Source of the DNA: Eledone cirrhosa
Taxonomy: Eukaryota
DNA length: 64,000 bases
Assembly: GCA_964016885.1 (NCBI GenBank)
Contig: OZ024743.1
Span: 242,358,001-242,422,000 of the forward strand
Direction of reading: 5' to 3'
Each line of letters starts with the position of its first letter. Position 1 is the stretch's first letter. Below the pieces are notes generated by a model. That model saw nothing but the letters and a program-made list of their open reading frames with translations, was not told the DNA's origin and did no database searches. This document shows, in pieces, positions 17,601 to 36,289 of this stretch. The position numbers and the translations under genes are program-made.

Positions 17601-20420
17601 ACATACACTAACAGATACATGATACACTCGAAACACATAGACACAATGATATATACTAACATATACATGATACAGTCACAACACATACACACAATGACAT
17701 ACACTAACATATACATGATACACTCGCAACACATACACACAATGACATACACTAACATATACATGATACACTCGCAACACATAGACACAATGATATATAC
17801 TAACATATACATGATACACTCACAACACATACACACAATGACATACACTAACATATACATGATACACTCGCAACACATACACACAATGACATACACTAAC
17901 AAATACATGATACACTCGCAACACATACACACGATGACATACACTAACATATACATGATACACTCGCAACACATACACACAATGACATACACTAGCATAT
18001 ACATGATACACTCGCAACACATACACACAATGATATACACTAACATATACATGATACACTCGCAATACATACACACAATGATATATACTAACATATACAT
18101 GATACACTCGCAACACACACACAATGACAAACACTAACATATACATGATACACTCGCAACACACACACAATGACAAACACTAACATATACATGATACACT
18201 CGCAACACACACACAATGACATACACTAACATATACATGATACACTCGCAACACATACACACAATGACATACACTAACATATACATGATACACTCGCAAC
18301 ACATACACACAGTGACATACACTAACATATACATAATACACTCGCAACACATACACACAATGACATACACTAAAAAATACATGATACACTCGCAACACAT
18401 ACACACAATGACATACACTAACATATACATGATACACTCGCAACACATACACACAATGATATATACTAACATATACATGATACACACGCAACACATAGAC
18501 ACAATGATATACACTAACATATACAAGATACACTCGCAACACATACACAATGATATACACTAACATATACATGATACACTCACAACATACACACAATGAT
18601 ATACACTAACATATACATGATACACTCGCAACACATACACAATGATATACACTAACATATACATGATACACTCACAACACATACACAAAATGATATACAC
18701 TAACATATACATGATACACTCACAACACATACACACAATGACATACACTAACATATACATGATACACTCGCAACACATACACACAATGACATACACTAAC
18801 ATATACATGATACACTCGCAACACATAGACACAATGATATATACTAACATATACATGATACACTCACAACACATACACACAATCACATACACTAACATAT
18901 ACATGATACACTCGCAACACATACACACAATGATATACACTAACATATAAAAGATACACTCGCAACACATACACAATGATATACTCTAACATATACATGA
19001 TACACTCGCAACACATACACACAATGATATACACTAACATATACATGATACACTCGCAACACACACACAATGACAAACACTAACATATACATGATACACT
19101 CGCAACACATAGACACAATGATATACACTAACATATACATGATACACTCACAACACATACACCCAATGACATACACTAACATATACATGATACACTCGCA
19201 ACACATACACACAATGATATACACTAACATATACATGATACACTCGCAACACACACACAATGACATACACTAACATATACATGATACACTCACAACACAT
19301 ACACCCAATGACATACACTAACATATACATGATACACTCGCAACACATACACACAATGATATACACTAACATATACATGATACACTCGCAACACACACAC
19401 AATGACATACACTAACATATACATGATACACTCGCAACACATACACAATGATATACACTAACATATACATGATACACTCGCAACACATACACACAATGAT
19501 ATACACTAACATATACATGATACACTCGCAACACATACACACAATGACATACACTAACAGATACATGATACACTCGCAACACATAGACACAATGATATAT
19601 ACTAACATATACATGATACAGTCACAACACATACACACAATGACATACACTAACATATACATGATACACTCGCAACACATACACACAATGACATACACTA
19701 ACATATACATGATACACTCGCAACACATAGACACAATGATATATACTAACATATACATGATACACTCACAACACATACACACAATGACATACACTAACAT
19801 ATACATGATACACTCGCAACACATACACACAATGACATACACTAACAAATACATGATACACTCGCAACACATACACACGATGACATACACTAACATATAC
19901 ATGATACACTCGCAACACATACACACAATGACATACACTAGCATATACATGATACACTCGCAACACATACACACAATGATATACACTAACATATACATGA
20001 TACACTCGCAATACATACACACAATGATATATACTAACATATACATGATACACTCGCAACACACACACAATGACAAACACTAACATATACATGATACACT
20101 CGCAACACACACACAATGACAAACACTAACATATACATGATACACTCGCAACACACACACAATGACATACACTAACATATACATGATACACTCGCAACAC
20201 ATACACACAATGACATACACTAACATATACATGATACACTCGCAACACATACACACAGTGACATACACTAACATATACATGATACACTCGCAACACATAC
20301 ACACAATGACATACACTAAAAAATACATGATACACTCGCAACACATACACACAATGACATACACTAACATATACATGATACACTCGCAACACATACACAC
20401 AATGATATATACTAACATAT
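16850..20420. repeat. Duplication at 1946-bp offset
   Basis: ORF pairs 17124/19070, 17502/19448, 18216/20162. Shared AACAGAT and CAGTCAC variants and paired ACAAAC monomers. Confidence 0.85.
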
Positions 20421-23400
20421 ACATGATACACTCGCAACACACACACAATGACAAACACTAACATATACATGATACACTCGCAACACATAGACACAATGAT
20501 ATACACTAACATATATATGATACACTCACAACACATACACACAATGACAGACACTAACATATACATGATACACTCGCAACACATACACACGATGATATAC
20601 ACTAACATATACATGATACACTCGCAACACACACACAATGACATACACTAACATATACATGATACACTCGCAACACATACGCAATGATATACACTAACAT
20701 ATACATGATACACTCGCAACACATACACACAATGATATACACTAACATATACATGATACACTCGCAACACATACACACAATGACATACACTAACATATAC
20801 AAGATACACTCGCAACACATACACACAATGACATACACTAACATATACATGATACACTCGCAGCACATACACACAATGACATACACTAACATATACATGA
20901 TACACTCGCAACACATACACACAATGACATACACTAACATATACATGATACACTCGCAACACATACACACAATGACATACACTAACATATACATGATACA
21001 CTCGCAACACATACACACAATGATATACACTAACATATACAAGATACACTCGCAACACATACACAATGATATACACTAACATATATATGATACACTCGCA
21101 ACACATACACACAATGATATATACTAACATATACATGATACACACGCAACACACACACAATGACAAACACTAACATATACATGATACACTCGCAACACAT
21201 AGACACAATGATATACACTAACATATACATGATACACTCGCAACACATACACACAATGATATCCACTAACATATACATGATACACTCGCAACACACACAC
21301 AATGACATACACTAACATATACATGATACACTCGCAACACATACACACAATGACATACACTAACATATACATGATACACTCGCAACACATACACACAATG
21401 ACATACACTAACATATACATGATACACTCGCAACACATACACACAATGACATACACTAACATATACATGATACACTCGCAACACATACACACAATGATAT
21501 ACACTAACATATACATGATACACTCGCAACACATACACACAATGACATAGACTAACATATACATGATACACTCGCAACACATACACACAATGACATACAC
21601 TAACATATACAATGATATATACTAACATATACATGATACACTCGCAACACATACAAAATGATATACACTAACATATACATGATACACTCACAACATACAC
21701 ACAATGATATACACTAACATATACATGATACACTCGCAACACATACACAATGATATACACTAACATATACATGATACACTCACAACACATACACAAAATG
21801 ATATACACTAACATATACATGATACACTCGCAACACATACACACAATGACATACACTAACATATACAAGATACACTCACAACACATACACACAATGACAT
21901 ACACTAACATATACATGATACACTCGCAACACATACAAACAATGACATACACTAACAGATACATGATACACTCGCAACACATAGACACAATGATATATAC
22001 TAACATATACATGATACAGTCACAACACATACACACAATGACATACACTAACATATACATGATACACTCGCAACACATAGACACAATGATATATACTAAC
22101 ATATACATGATACCCTCACAACACATACACACAATGACATACACTAACATATACATGATACACTCGCAACACATACACACAATGACATACACTAACAAAT
22201 ACATGATACACTCGCAACACATACACACGATGACATACACTAACATATACATGATACACTCGCAACACATACACACAATGACATACACTAGCATATACAT
22301 GATACACTCGCAACACATACACACAATGATATACACTAACATATACATGATACACTCGCAATACATACACACAATGATATATACTAACATATACATGATA
22401 CACTCGCAACACACACACAATGACAAACACTAACATATACATGATACACTCGCAACACACACACAATGACAAACACTAACATATACATGATACACTCGCA
22501 ACACACACACAATGACATACACTAACATATACATGATACACTCGCAACACATACACACAATGACATACACTAACATATACATGATACACTCGCAACACAT
22601 ACACACAGTGACATACACTAACATATACATGATACACTCGCAACACATACACACAATGACATACACTAAAAAATACATGATACACTCGCAACACATACAC
22701 ACAATGACATACACTAACATATACATGATACACTCGCAACACATACACACAATGATATATACTAACATATACATGATACACTCGCAACACACACACAATG
22801 ACAAACACTAACATATACATGATACACTCGCAACACATAGACACAATGATATACACTAACATATATATGATACACTCACAACACATACACACAATGACAG
22901 ACACTAACATATACATGATACACTCGCAACACATACACACAATGATATACACTAACATATACATGATACACTCGCAACACACACACAATGACATACACTA
23001 ACATATACATGATACACTCGCAACACATACGCAATGATATACACTAACATATACATGATACACTCGCAACACATACACACAATGATATACACTAACATAT
23101 ACATGATACACTCGCAACACATACACACAATGACATACACTAACATATACAAGATACACTCGCAACACATACACACAATGACATACACTAACATATACAT
23201 GATACACTCGCAGCACATACACACAATGACATACACTAACATATACATGATACACTCGCAACACATACACACAATGACATACACTAACATATACATGATA
23301 CACTCGCAACACATACACACAATGACATACACTAACATATACATGATACACTCGCAACACATACACACAATGATATACACTAACATATACAAGATACACT

Positions 23401-24270
23401 CGCAACACATACACAATGATATACACTAACATATATATGATACACTCGCAACACATACACACAATGATATATACTAACATATACATGATACACACGCAAC
23501 ACACACACAATGACAAACACTAACATATACATGATACACTCGCAACACATAGACACAATGATATACACTAACATATACATGATACACTCGCAACACATAC
23601 ACACAATGATATCCACTAACATATACATGATACACTCGCAACACACACACAATGACATACACTAACATATACATGATACACTCGCAACACATACACACAA
23701 TGACATACACTAACATATACATGATACACTCGCAACACATACACACAATGACATACACTAACATATACATGATACACTCGCAACACATACACACAATGAC
23801 ATACACTAACATATACATGATACACTCGCAACACATACACACAATGATATACACTAACATATACATGATACACTCGCAACACATACACACAATGACATAG
23901 ACTAACATATACATGATACACTCGCAACACATACACACAATGACATACACTAACATATACAATGATATATACTAACATATACATGATACACTCGCAACAC
24001 ATACAAAATGATATACACTAACATATACATGATACACTCACAACATACACACAATGATATACACTAACATATACATGATACACTCGCAACACATACACAA
24101 TGATATACACTAACATATACATGATACACTCACAACACATACACAAAATGATATACACTAACATATACATGATACACTCGCAACACATACACACAATGAC
24201 ATACACTAACATATACAAGATACACTCACAACACATACACACAATGACATACACTAACATATACATGATA
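19700..24270. repeat. 2350-bp tandem duplication
   Basis: ORF pairs 20162/22512, 20684/23034, 21302/23652, 21750/24100. The private variant ATATCCACT was seen only near 21262 and 23612. Confidence 0.88.
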
Positions 24271-24765
24271 CACTCGCAACACATACACACAATGATATAC
24301 ACTAAAATATACATGATACACTCGCAACACACACACAATGACATACACTAACATATACATGATACACTCGCAACACATACACACAATGACATACACTAAC
24401 ATATACATGATACACTCGCAACACATAGACACAATGATATATACTAACATATACATGATACACTCACAACACATACACACAATCACATACACTAACATAT
24501 ACATGATACACTCGCAACACATACACACAATGATATACACTAACATATACATGATACACTCGCAACACACACACAATGACAAACACTAACATATACATGA
24601 TACACTCGCAACACATAGACACAATGATATACACTAACATATACATGATACACTCACAACACATACACCCAATGACATACACTAACATATACATGATACA
24701 CTCGCAACACATACACACAATGATATACACTAACATATACATGATACACTCGCAACACACACACA

Positions 24766-25800
24766 ATGACATACACTAACATATACATGATACACTCGCA
24801 ACACATACACAATGATATACACTAACATATACATGATACACTCGCAACACATACACACAATGATATACACTAACATATACATGATACACTCGCAACACAT
24901 TCACACAATGACATACACTAACATATACATGATACACTCGCAACACATAGACACAATGATATATACTAACATATACATGATACAGTCACAACACATACAC
25001 ACAATGACATACACTAACATATACATGATACACTCGCAACACATACACACAATGATATATACTAACATATACATGATACACTCGCAACACATACACAATG
25101 ATATACACTAACATATACATGATACACTCGCAACACATACACAATGATATACACTAACATATACATGATACACTCGCAACACATACACACAATGATATAC
25201 ACTAACATATACATGATACACTCGCAACACATACACACAATGACATACACTAACATATACATGATACACTCGCAACACATAGACACAATGATATATACTA
25301 ACATATACATGATACAGTCACAACACATACACACAATGACATACACTAACATATACATGATACACTCGCAACACATACACACAATGATATATACTAACAT
25401 ATACATGATACACTCGCAACACATACACAATGATATACACTAACATATACATGATACACTCGCAACACATACACAATGATATACACTAACATATACATGA
25501 TACACTCGCAACACATACACACAATGATATACACTAACATATACATGATACACTCGCAACACATACACACAATGACATACACTAACATATACATGATACA
25601 CTCGCAACACATAGACACAATGATATATACTAACATATACATGATACAGTCACAACACATACACACAATGACATACACTAACATATACATGATACACTCG
25701 CAACACATACACACAATGATATATACTAACATATACATGATACACTCGCAACACATACACAATGATATACACTAACATATAAATGATACACTCACAACAT
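24766..25800. repeat. Three copies of a 332-bp 7-monomer unit (5x48 + 2x46)
   Basis: Identical 99-aa ORFs at 24812, 25144, 25476, with one CAGTCAC variant per unit. Confidence 0.9.
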
Positions 25801-28800
25801 ACACACAATGATATACACTAACATATACATGATACACTCGCAACACATACACAATGATATACACTAACATATACATGATACACTGGCAACACATACACAC
25901 AATGACATACACTAACATATACATGATACACTCGCAACACATACACACAATGATATACACTAACATATACATGATACACTCACAACACACACACAATGAC
26001 AAACACTAACATATACATGATACACTCGCAACACATAGACACAATGATATACACTAACATATACATGATACACTCACAACACATACACACAATGACATAC
26101 ACTAACATATACATGATACACTCGCAACACATACACACAATGATATACACTAACATATACATGATACACTCGCAACACATACACACAATGATATACACTA
26201 ACATATACATGATACACTCGCAACACATACACACAATGATATACACTAACATATACATGATACACTCACAACACATACACTCAATGACATACACTAACAT
26301 ATACATGATACACTCGCAACACATACACACAATGATATACACTAACATATACATGATACACTCGCAACACATAGACACAATGATATACACTAACATATAC
26401 ATGATACACTCACAACACATACACTCAATGACATACACTAACATATACATGATACACTCGCAACACATACACACAATGATATACACTAACATATACATGA
26501 TACACTCGCAACACATACACACAATGATATACACTAACATATACATGATACACTCGCAACACATACACACAATGACAAACACTAACATATACATGATACA
26601 CTCGCAACACATAGACACAATGATATACACTAACATATATATGATACACTCACAACACATACACACAATGACAGACACTAACATATACATGATACACTCG
26701 CAGCACATACACACAATGATATACACTAACATATACATGATACACTCGCAACACACACACAATGACATACACTAACATATACATGATACACTCGCAACAC
26801 ATACGCAATGATATACACTAACATATACATGATACACTCGCAACACATACACACAATGATATACACTAACATATACATGATACACTCGCAACACATACAC
26901 ACAATGACATACACCTAAATATACAAGATACACTCGCAAAACATACAAACAATGACATACACTAACATATACATGATACACTCGCAGCACATACACACAA
27001 TGACATACACTAACATATACATGATACACTCGCAACACATACACACAATGACATACACTAACAAATACATGATACACTCGCAACACATACACACGATGAC
27101 ATACACTAACATAGACATGATACACTCGCAACACATACACACAATGACATACACTAGCATATACATGATACACTCGCAACACATACACACAATGATATAC
27201 ACTAACATATACATGATACACTCGCAATACATACACACAATGATATATACTAACATATACATGATACACTCGCAACACATACACACAATGACATACACTA
27301 ACATATACATGATACACTCGCAACACATACACACAGTGACATACACTAACATATACATGATACACTCGCAACACATACACACAATGACATACACTAAAAA
27401 ATACATGATACACTCGCAACACATACACACAATGACATACACTAACATATACATGATACACTCGCAACACATACACACAATGATATATACTAACATATAC
27501 ATGATACACTCGCAACACACACACAATGACAAACACTAACATATACATGATACACTCGCAACACATAGACACAATGATATACACTAACATATATATGATA
27601 CACTCACAACACATACACACAATGACAGACACTAACATATACATGATACACTCGCAACACATAAACACAATGATATACACTAACATATACATGATACACT
27701 CGCAACACACACACAATGACATACACTAACATATACATGATACACTCGCAACACATACGCAATGATATACACTAACATATACATGATACACTCGCAACAC
27801 ATACACACAATGATATACACTAACATATACATGATACACTCGCAACACATACACACAATGACATACACTAACATATACAAGATACACTCGCAACACATAC
27901 ACACAATGACATACACTAACATATACATGATACACTCGCAGCACATACACACAATGACATACACTAACATATACATGATACACTCGCAACACATACACAC
28001 GATGACATACACTAACATATACATGATACACTCGCAACACATACACACAATGACATACACTAACATATACATGATACACTCGCAACACATACACACAATG
28101 ATATACACTAACATATACAAGATACACTCGCAACACATACACAATGATATACACTAACATATATATGATACACTCGCAACACATACACACAATGATATAT
28201 ACTAACATATACATGATACACACGCAACACACACACAATGACAAACACTAACATATACATGATACACTCGCAACACATAGACACAATGATATACACTAAC
28301 ATATACATGATACACTCGCAACACATACACACAATGATATACACTAACATATACATGATACACTCGCAACACACACACAATGACATACACTAACATATAC
28401 ATGATACACTCGCAACACATACACACAATGACATACACTAACATATACATGATACACTCGCAACACATACACACAATGACATACACTAACATATACATGA
28501 TACACTCGCAACACATACACACAATGACATACACTAACATATACATGATACACTCGCAACACATACACACAATGATATACACTAACATATACATGATACA
28601 CTCGCAACACATACACACAATGACATAGACTAACATATACATGATACACTCGCAACACATACACACAATGACATACACTAACATATACAATGATATATAC
28701 TAACATATACATGATACACTCGCAACACATACAAAATGATATACACTAACATATACATGATACACTCACAACATACACACAATGATATACACTAACATAT

Positions 28801-29919
28801 ACATGATACACTCGCAACACATACACAATGATATACACTAACATATACATTATACACTCACAACACATACACAAAATGATATACACTAACATATACATGA
28901 TACACTCGCAACACATACACACAATGACATACACTAACATATACAAGATACACTCACAACACATACACACAATGACATACACTAACATATACATGATACA
29001 CTCGCAACACATACACACAATGATATACACTAACATATACATGATACACTCGCAACACACACACAATGACATACACTAACATATACATGATACACTCACA
29101 ACACATACACCCAATGACATACACTAACATATACATGATACACTCGCAACACATACACACAATGATATACACTAACATATACATGATACACTCGCAACAC
29201 ACACACAATGACATACACTAACATATACATGATACACTCGCAACACATACACAATGATATACACTAACATATACATGATACACTCGCAACACATACACAC
29301 AATGATATACACTAACATATACATGATACACTCGCAACACATACACACAATGACATACACTAACAGATACAAGATACACTCACAACACATACACACAATG
29401 ACATACACTAACATATACATGATACACTCGCAACACATACACACAATGATATACACTAAAATATACATGATACACTCGCAACACACACACAATGACATAC
29501 ACTAACATATACATGATACACTCGCAACACATACACACAATGACATACACTAACATATACATGATACACTCGCAACACATAGACACAATGATATATACTA
29601 ACATATACATGATACACTCACAACACATACACACAATCACATACACTAACATATACATGATACACTCGCAACACATACACACAATGATATACACTAACAT
29701 ATACATGATACACTCGCAACACACACACAATGACAAACACTAACATATACATGATACACTCGCAACACATAGACACAATGATATACACTAACATATACAT
29801 GATACACTCACAACACATACACCCAATGACATACACTAACATATACATGATACACTCGCAACACATACACACAATGATATACACTAACATATACATGATA
29901 CACTCGCAACACACACACA

Positions 29920-30960
29920 ATGACATACACTAACATATACATGATACACTCGCAACACATACACAATGATATACACTAACATATACATGATACACTCGCA
30001 ACACATACACACAATGTTATACACTAACATATACATGATACACTCGCAACACATACACACAATGACATACACTAACATATACATGATACACTCGCAACAC
30101 ATAGACACAATGATATATACTAACATATACATGATACAGTCACAACACATACACACAATGACATACACTAACATATACATGATACACTCGCAACACATAC
30201 ACACAATGATATATACTAACATATACATGATACACTCGCAACACATACACAATGATATACACTAACATATACATGATACACTCGCAACACATACACAATG
30301 ATATACACTAACATATACATGATACACTCGCAACACATACACACAATGATATACACTAACATATACATGATACACTCGCAACACATACACACAATGACAT
30401 ACACTAACATATACATGATACACTCGCAACACATAGACACAATGATATATACTAACATATACATGATACAGTCACAACACATACACACAATGACATACAC
30501 TAACATATACATGATACACTCGCAACACATACACACAATGATATATACTAACATATACATGATACACTCGCAACACATACACAATGATATACACTAACAT
30601 ATACATGATACACTCGCAACACATACACAATGATATACACTAACATATACATGATACACTCGCAACACATACACACAATGATATACACTAACATATACAT
30701 GATACACTCGCAACACATACACACAATGACATACACTAACATATACATGATACACTCGCAACACATAGACACAATGATATATACTAACATATACATGATA
30801 CAGTCACAACACATACACACAATGACATACACTAACATATACATGATACACTCGCAACACATACACACAATGATATATACTAACATATACATGATACACT
30901 CGCAACACATACACAATGATATACACTAACATATAAATGATACACTCACAACATACACAC
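29920..30960. repeat. Second triplet of the 332-bp unit
   Basis: ORFs at 29966, 30298, 30630, which is 5154 bp downstream of the first triplet. Confidence 0.9.
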
Positions 30961-33900
30961 AATGATATACACTAACATATACATGGTACACTCGCAACAC
31001 ATACACAATGATATACACTAACATATACATGATACACTGGCAACACATACACACAATGACATACACTAACATATACATGATACACTCGCAACACATACAC
31101 ACAATGATATACACTAACATATACATGATACACTCACAACACACACACAATGACAAACACTAACATATACATGATACACTCGCAACACATAGACACAATG
31201 ATATACACTAACATATACATGATACACTCACAACACATACACACAATGACATACACTAACATATACATGATACACTCGCAACACATACACACAATGATAT
31301 ACACTAACATATACATGATACACTCGCAACACATACACACAATGATATACACTAACATATACATGATACACTCGCAACACATACACACAATGATATACAC
31401 TAACATATACATGATACACTCACAACACATACACTCAATGACATACACTAACATATACATGATACACTCGCAACACATACACACAATGATATACACTAAC
31501 ATATACATGATACACTCGCAACACATAGACACAATGATATACACTAACATATACATGATACACTCACAACACATACACTCAATGACATACACTAACATAT
31601 ACATGATACACTCGCAACACATACACACAATGATATACACTAACATATACATGATACACTCGCAACACATACACACAATGATATACACTAACATATACAT
31701 GATACACTCGCAACACATACACACAATGACAAACACTAACATATACATGATACACTCGCAACACATAGACACAATGATATACACTAACATATATATGATA
31801 CACTCACAACACATACACACAATGACAGACACTAACATATACATGATACACTCGCAACACATACACACAATGATATACACTAACATATACATGATACACT
31901 CGCAACACACACACAATGACATACACTAACATATACATGATACACTCGCAACACATACGCAATGATATACACTAACATATACATGATACACTCGCAACAC
32001 ATACACACAATGATATACACTAACATATACATGATACACTCGCAACACATACACACAATGACATACACTAAAATATACAAGATACACTCGCAAAACATAC
32101 AAACAATGACATACACTAACATATACATGATACACTCGCAGCACATACACACAATGACATACACTAACATATACATGATACACTCGCAACACATACACAC
32201 AATGACATACACTAACAAATACATGATACACTCGCAACACATACACACGATGACATACACTAACATAGACATGATACACTCGCAACACATACACACAATG
32301 ACATACACTAGCATATACATGATACACTCGCAACACATACACACAATGATATACACTAACATATACATGATACACTCGCAATACATACACACAATGATAT
32401 ATACTAACATATACATGATACACTCGCAACACATACACACAATGACATACACTAACATATACATGATACACTCGCAACACATACACACAGTGACATACAC
32501 TAACATATACATGATACACTCGCAACACATACACACAATGACATACACTAAAAAATACATGATACACTCGCAACACATACACACAATGACATACACTAAC
32601 ATATACATGATACACTCGCAACACATACACACAATGATATATACTAACATATACATGATACACTCGCAACACACACACAATGACAAACACTAACATATAC
32701 ATGATACACTCGCAACACATAGACACAATGATATACACTAACATATATATGATACACTCACAACACATACACACAATGACAGACACTAACATATACATGA
32801 TACACTCGCAACACATAAACACAATGATATACACTAACATATACATGATACACTCGCAACACACACACAATGACATACACTAACATATACATGATACACT
32901 CGCAACACATACGCAATGATATACACTAACATATACATGATACACTCGCAACACATACACACAATGATATACACTAACATATACATGATACACTCGCAAC
33001 ACATACACACAATGACATACACTAACATATACAAGATACACTCGCAACACATACACACAATGACATACACTAACATATACATGATACACTCGCAACACAT
33101 ACACACAATGATATATACTAACATATACATGATACACTCGCAACACATACACAATGATATACACTAACATATACATGATACACTCGCAACACATACACAA
33201 TGATATATACTAACATATACATGATACAGTCACAACACATACACACAATGACATACACTAACATATACATGATACACTCGCAACACATACACACAATGAT
33301 ATATACTAACATATACATGATACACTCGCAACACATACACAATGATATACACTAACATATACATGATACACTCGCAACACATACACAATGATATACACTA
33401 ACATATACATGATACACTCGCAACACATACACACAATGATATACACTAACATATACATGATACACTCGCAACACATACACACAATGACATACACTAACAT
33501 ATACATGATACACTCGCAACACATAGACACAATGATATATACTAACATATACATGATACAGTCACAACACATACACACAATGACATACACTAACATATAC
33601 ATGATACACTCGCAACACATACACACAATGATATATACTAACATATACATGATACACTCGCAACACATACACAATGATATACACTAACATATAAATGATA
33701 CACTCACAACATACACACAATGATATACACTAACATATACATGATACACTCGCAACACATACACAATGATATACACTAACATATACATGATACACTGGCA
33801 ACACATACACACAATGACATACACTAACATATACATGATACACTCGCAACACATACACACAATGATATACACTAACATATACATGATACACTCACAACAC

Positions 33901-35840
33901 ACACACAATGACAAACACTAACATATACATGATACACTCGCAACACATAGACACAATGATATACACTAACATATACATGATACACTCACAACACATACAC
34001 ACAATGACATACACTAACATATACATGATAAACTCGCAACACATACACACAATGATATACACTAACATATACATGATACACTCGCAACACATACACACAA
34101 TGATATACACTAACATATACATGATACACTCGCAACACATACACACAATGATATACACTAACATATACATGATACACTCACAACACATACACTCAATGAC
34201 ATACACTAACATATACATGATACACTCGCAACACATACACACAATGATATACACTAACATATACATGATACACTCGCAACACATAGACACAATGATATAC
34301 ACTAACATATACATGATACACTCACAACACATACACTCAATGACATACACTAACATATACATGATACACTCGCAACACATACACACAATGATATACACTA
34401 ACATATACATGATACACTCGCAACACATACACACAATGATATACACTAACATATACATGATACACTCGCAACACATACACACAATGACAAACACTAACAT
34501 ATACATGATACACTCGCAACACATAGACACAATGATATACACTAACATATATATGATACACTCACAACACATACACACAATGACAGACACTAACATATAC
34601 ATGATACACTCGCAACACATACACACAATGATATACACTAACATATACATGATACACTCGCAACACACACACAATGACATACACTAACATATACATGATA
34701 CACTCGCAACACATACGCAATGATATACACTAACATATACATGATACACTCGCAACACATACACACAATGATATACACTAACATATACATGATACACTCG
34801 CAACACATACACACAATGACATACACTAAAATATACAAGATACACTCGCAAAACATACAAACAATGACATACACTAACATATACATGATACACTCGCAGC
34901 ACATACACACAATGACATACACTAACATATACATGATACACTCGCAACACATACACACAATGACATACACTAACAAATACATGATACACTCGCAACACAT
35001 ACACACGATGACATACACTAACATAGACATGATACACTCGCAACACATACACACAATGACATACACTAGCATATACATGATACACTCGCAACACATACAC
35101 ACAATGATATACACTAACATATACATGATACACTCGCAATACATACACACAATGATATATACTAACATATACATGATACACTCGCAACACATACACACAA
35201 TGACATACACTAACATATACATGATACACTCGCAACACATACACACAGTGACATACACTAACATATACATGATACACTCGCAACACATACACACAATGAC
35301 ATACACTAAAAAATACATGATACACTCGCAACACATACACACAATGACATACACTAACATATACATGATACACTCGCAACACATACACACAATGATATAT
35401 ACTAACATATACATGATACACTCGCAACACACACACAATGACAAACACTAACATATACATGATACACTCGCAACACATAGACACAATGATATACACTAAC
35501 ATATATATGATACACTCACAACACATACACACAATGACAGACACTAACATATACATGATACACTCGCAACACATAAACACAATGATATACACTAACATAT
35601 ACATGATACACTCGCAACACATACACAATGACATACACTAACATATACATGATACACTCGCAACACATACGCAATGATATACACTAACATATACATGATA
35701 CACTCGCAACACATACACACAATGATATACACTAACATATACATGATACACTCGCAACACATACACACAATGACATACACTAACATATACAAGATACACT
35801 CGCAACACATACACACAATGACATACACTAACATATACAT
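30450..35840. repeat. 2758-bp tandem duplication
   Basis: ORF pairs 30630/33388, 31150/33908, 31962/34720, 32680/35438. Confidence 0.87.
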
Positions 35841-36289
35841 GATACACTCGCAGCACATACACACAATGACATACACTAACATATACATGATACACTCGCA
35901 ACACATACACACGATGACATACACTAACATATACATGATACACTCGCAACACATACACACAATGACATACACTAACATATACATGATACACTCGCAACAC
36001 ATACACACAATGATATACACTAACATATACAAGATACACTCGCAACACATACACAATGATATACACTAACATATATATGATACACTCGCAACACATACAC
36101 ACAATGATATATACTAACATATACATGATACACACGCAACACACACACAATGACAAACACTAACATATACATGATACACTCGCAACACATAGACACAATG
36201 ATATACACTAACATATACATGATACACTCGCAACACATACACACAATGATATACACTAACATATACATGATACACTCGCAACACACACA

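Larger units (their letters stand above)
24210..33085. repeat. Duplication at 5154-bp offset (~24.2-27.9 kb vs ~29.4-33.1 kb)
   Basis: ORF pairs 24338/29492, 24812/29966, 25996/31150, 27526/32680. Shared CACTCAATG, CAAAAC, ATAGACATG and ATAAAC variants. Confidence 0.87.
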
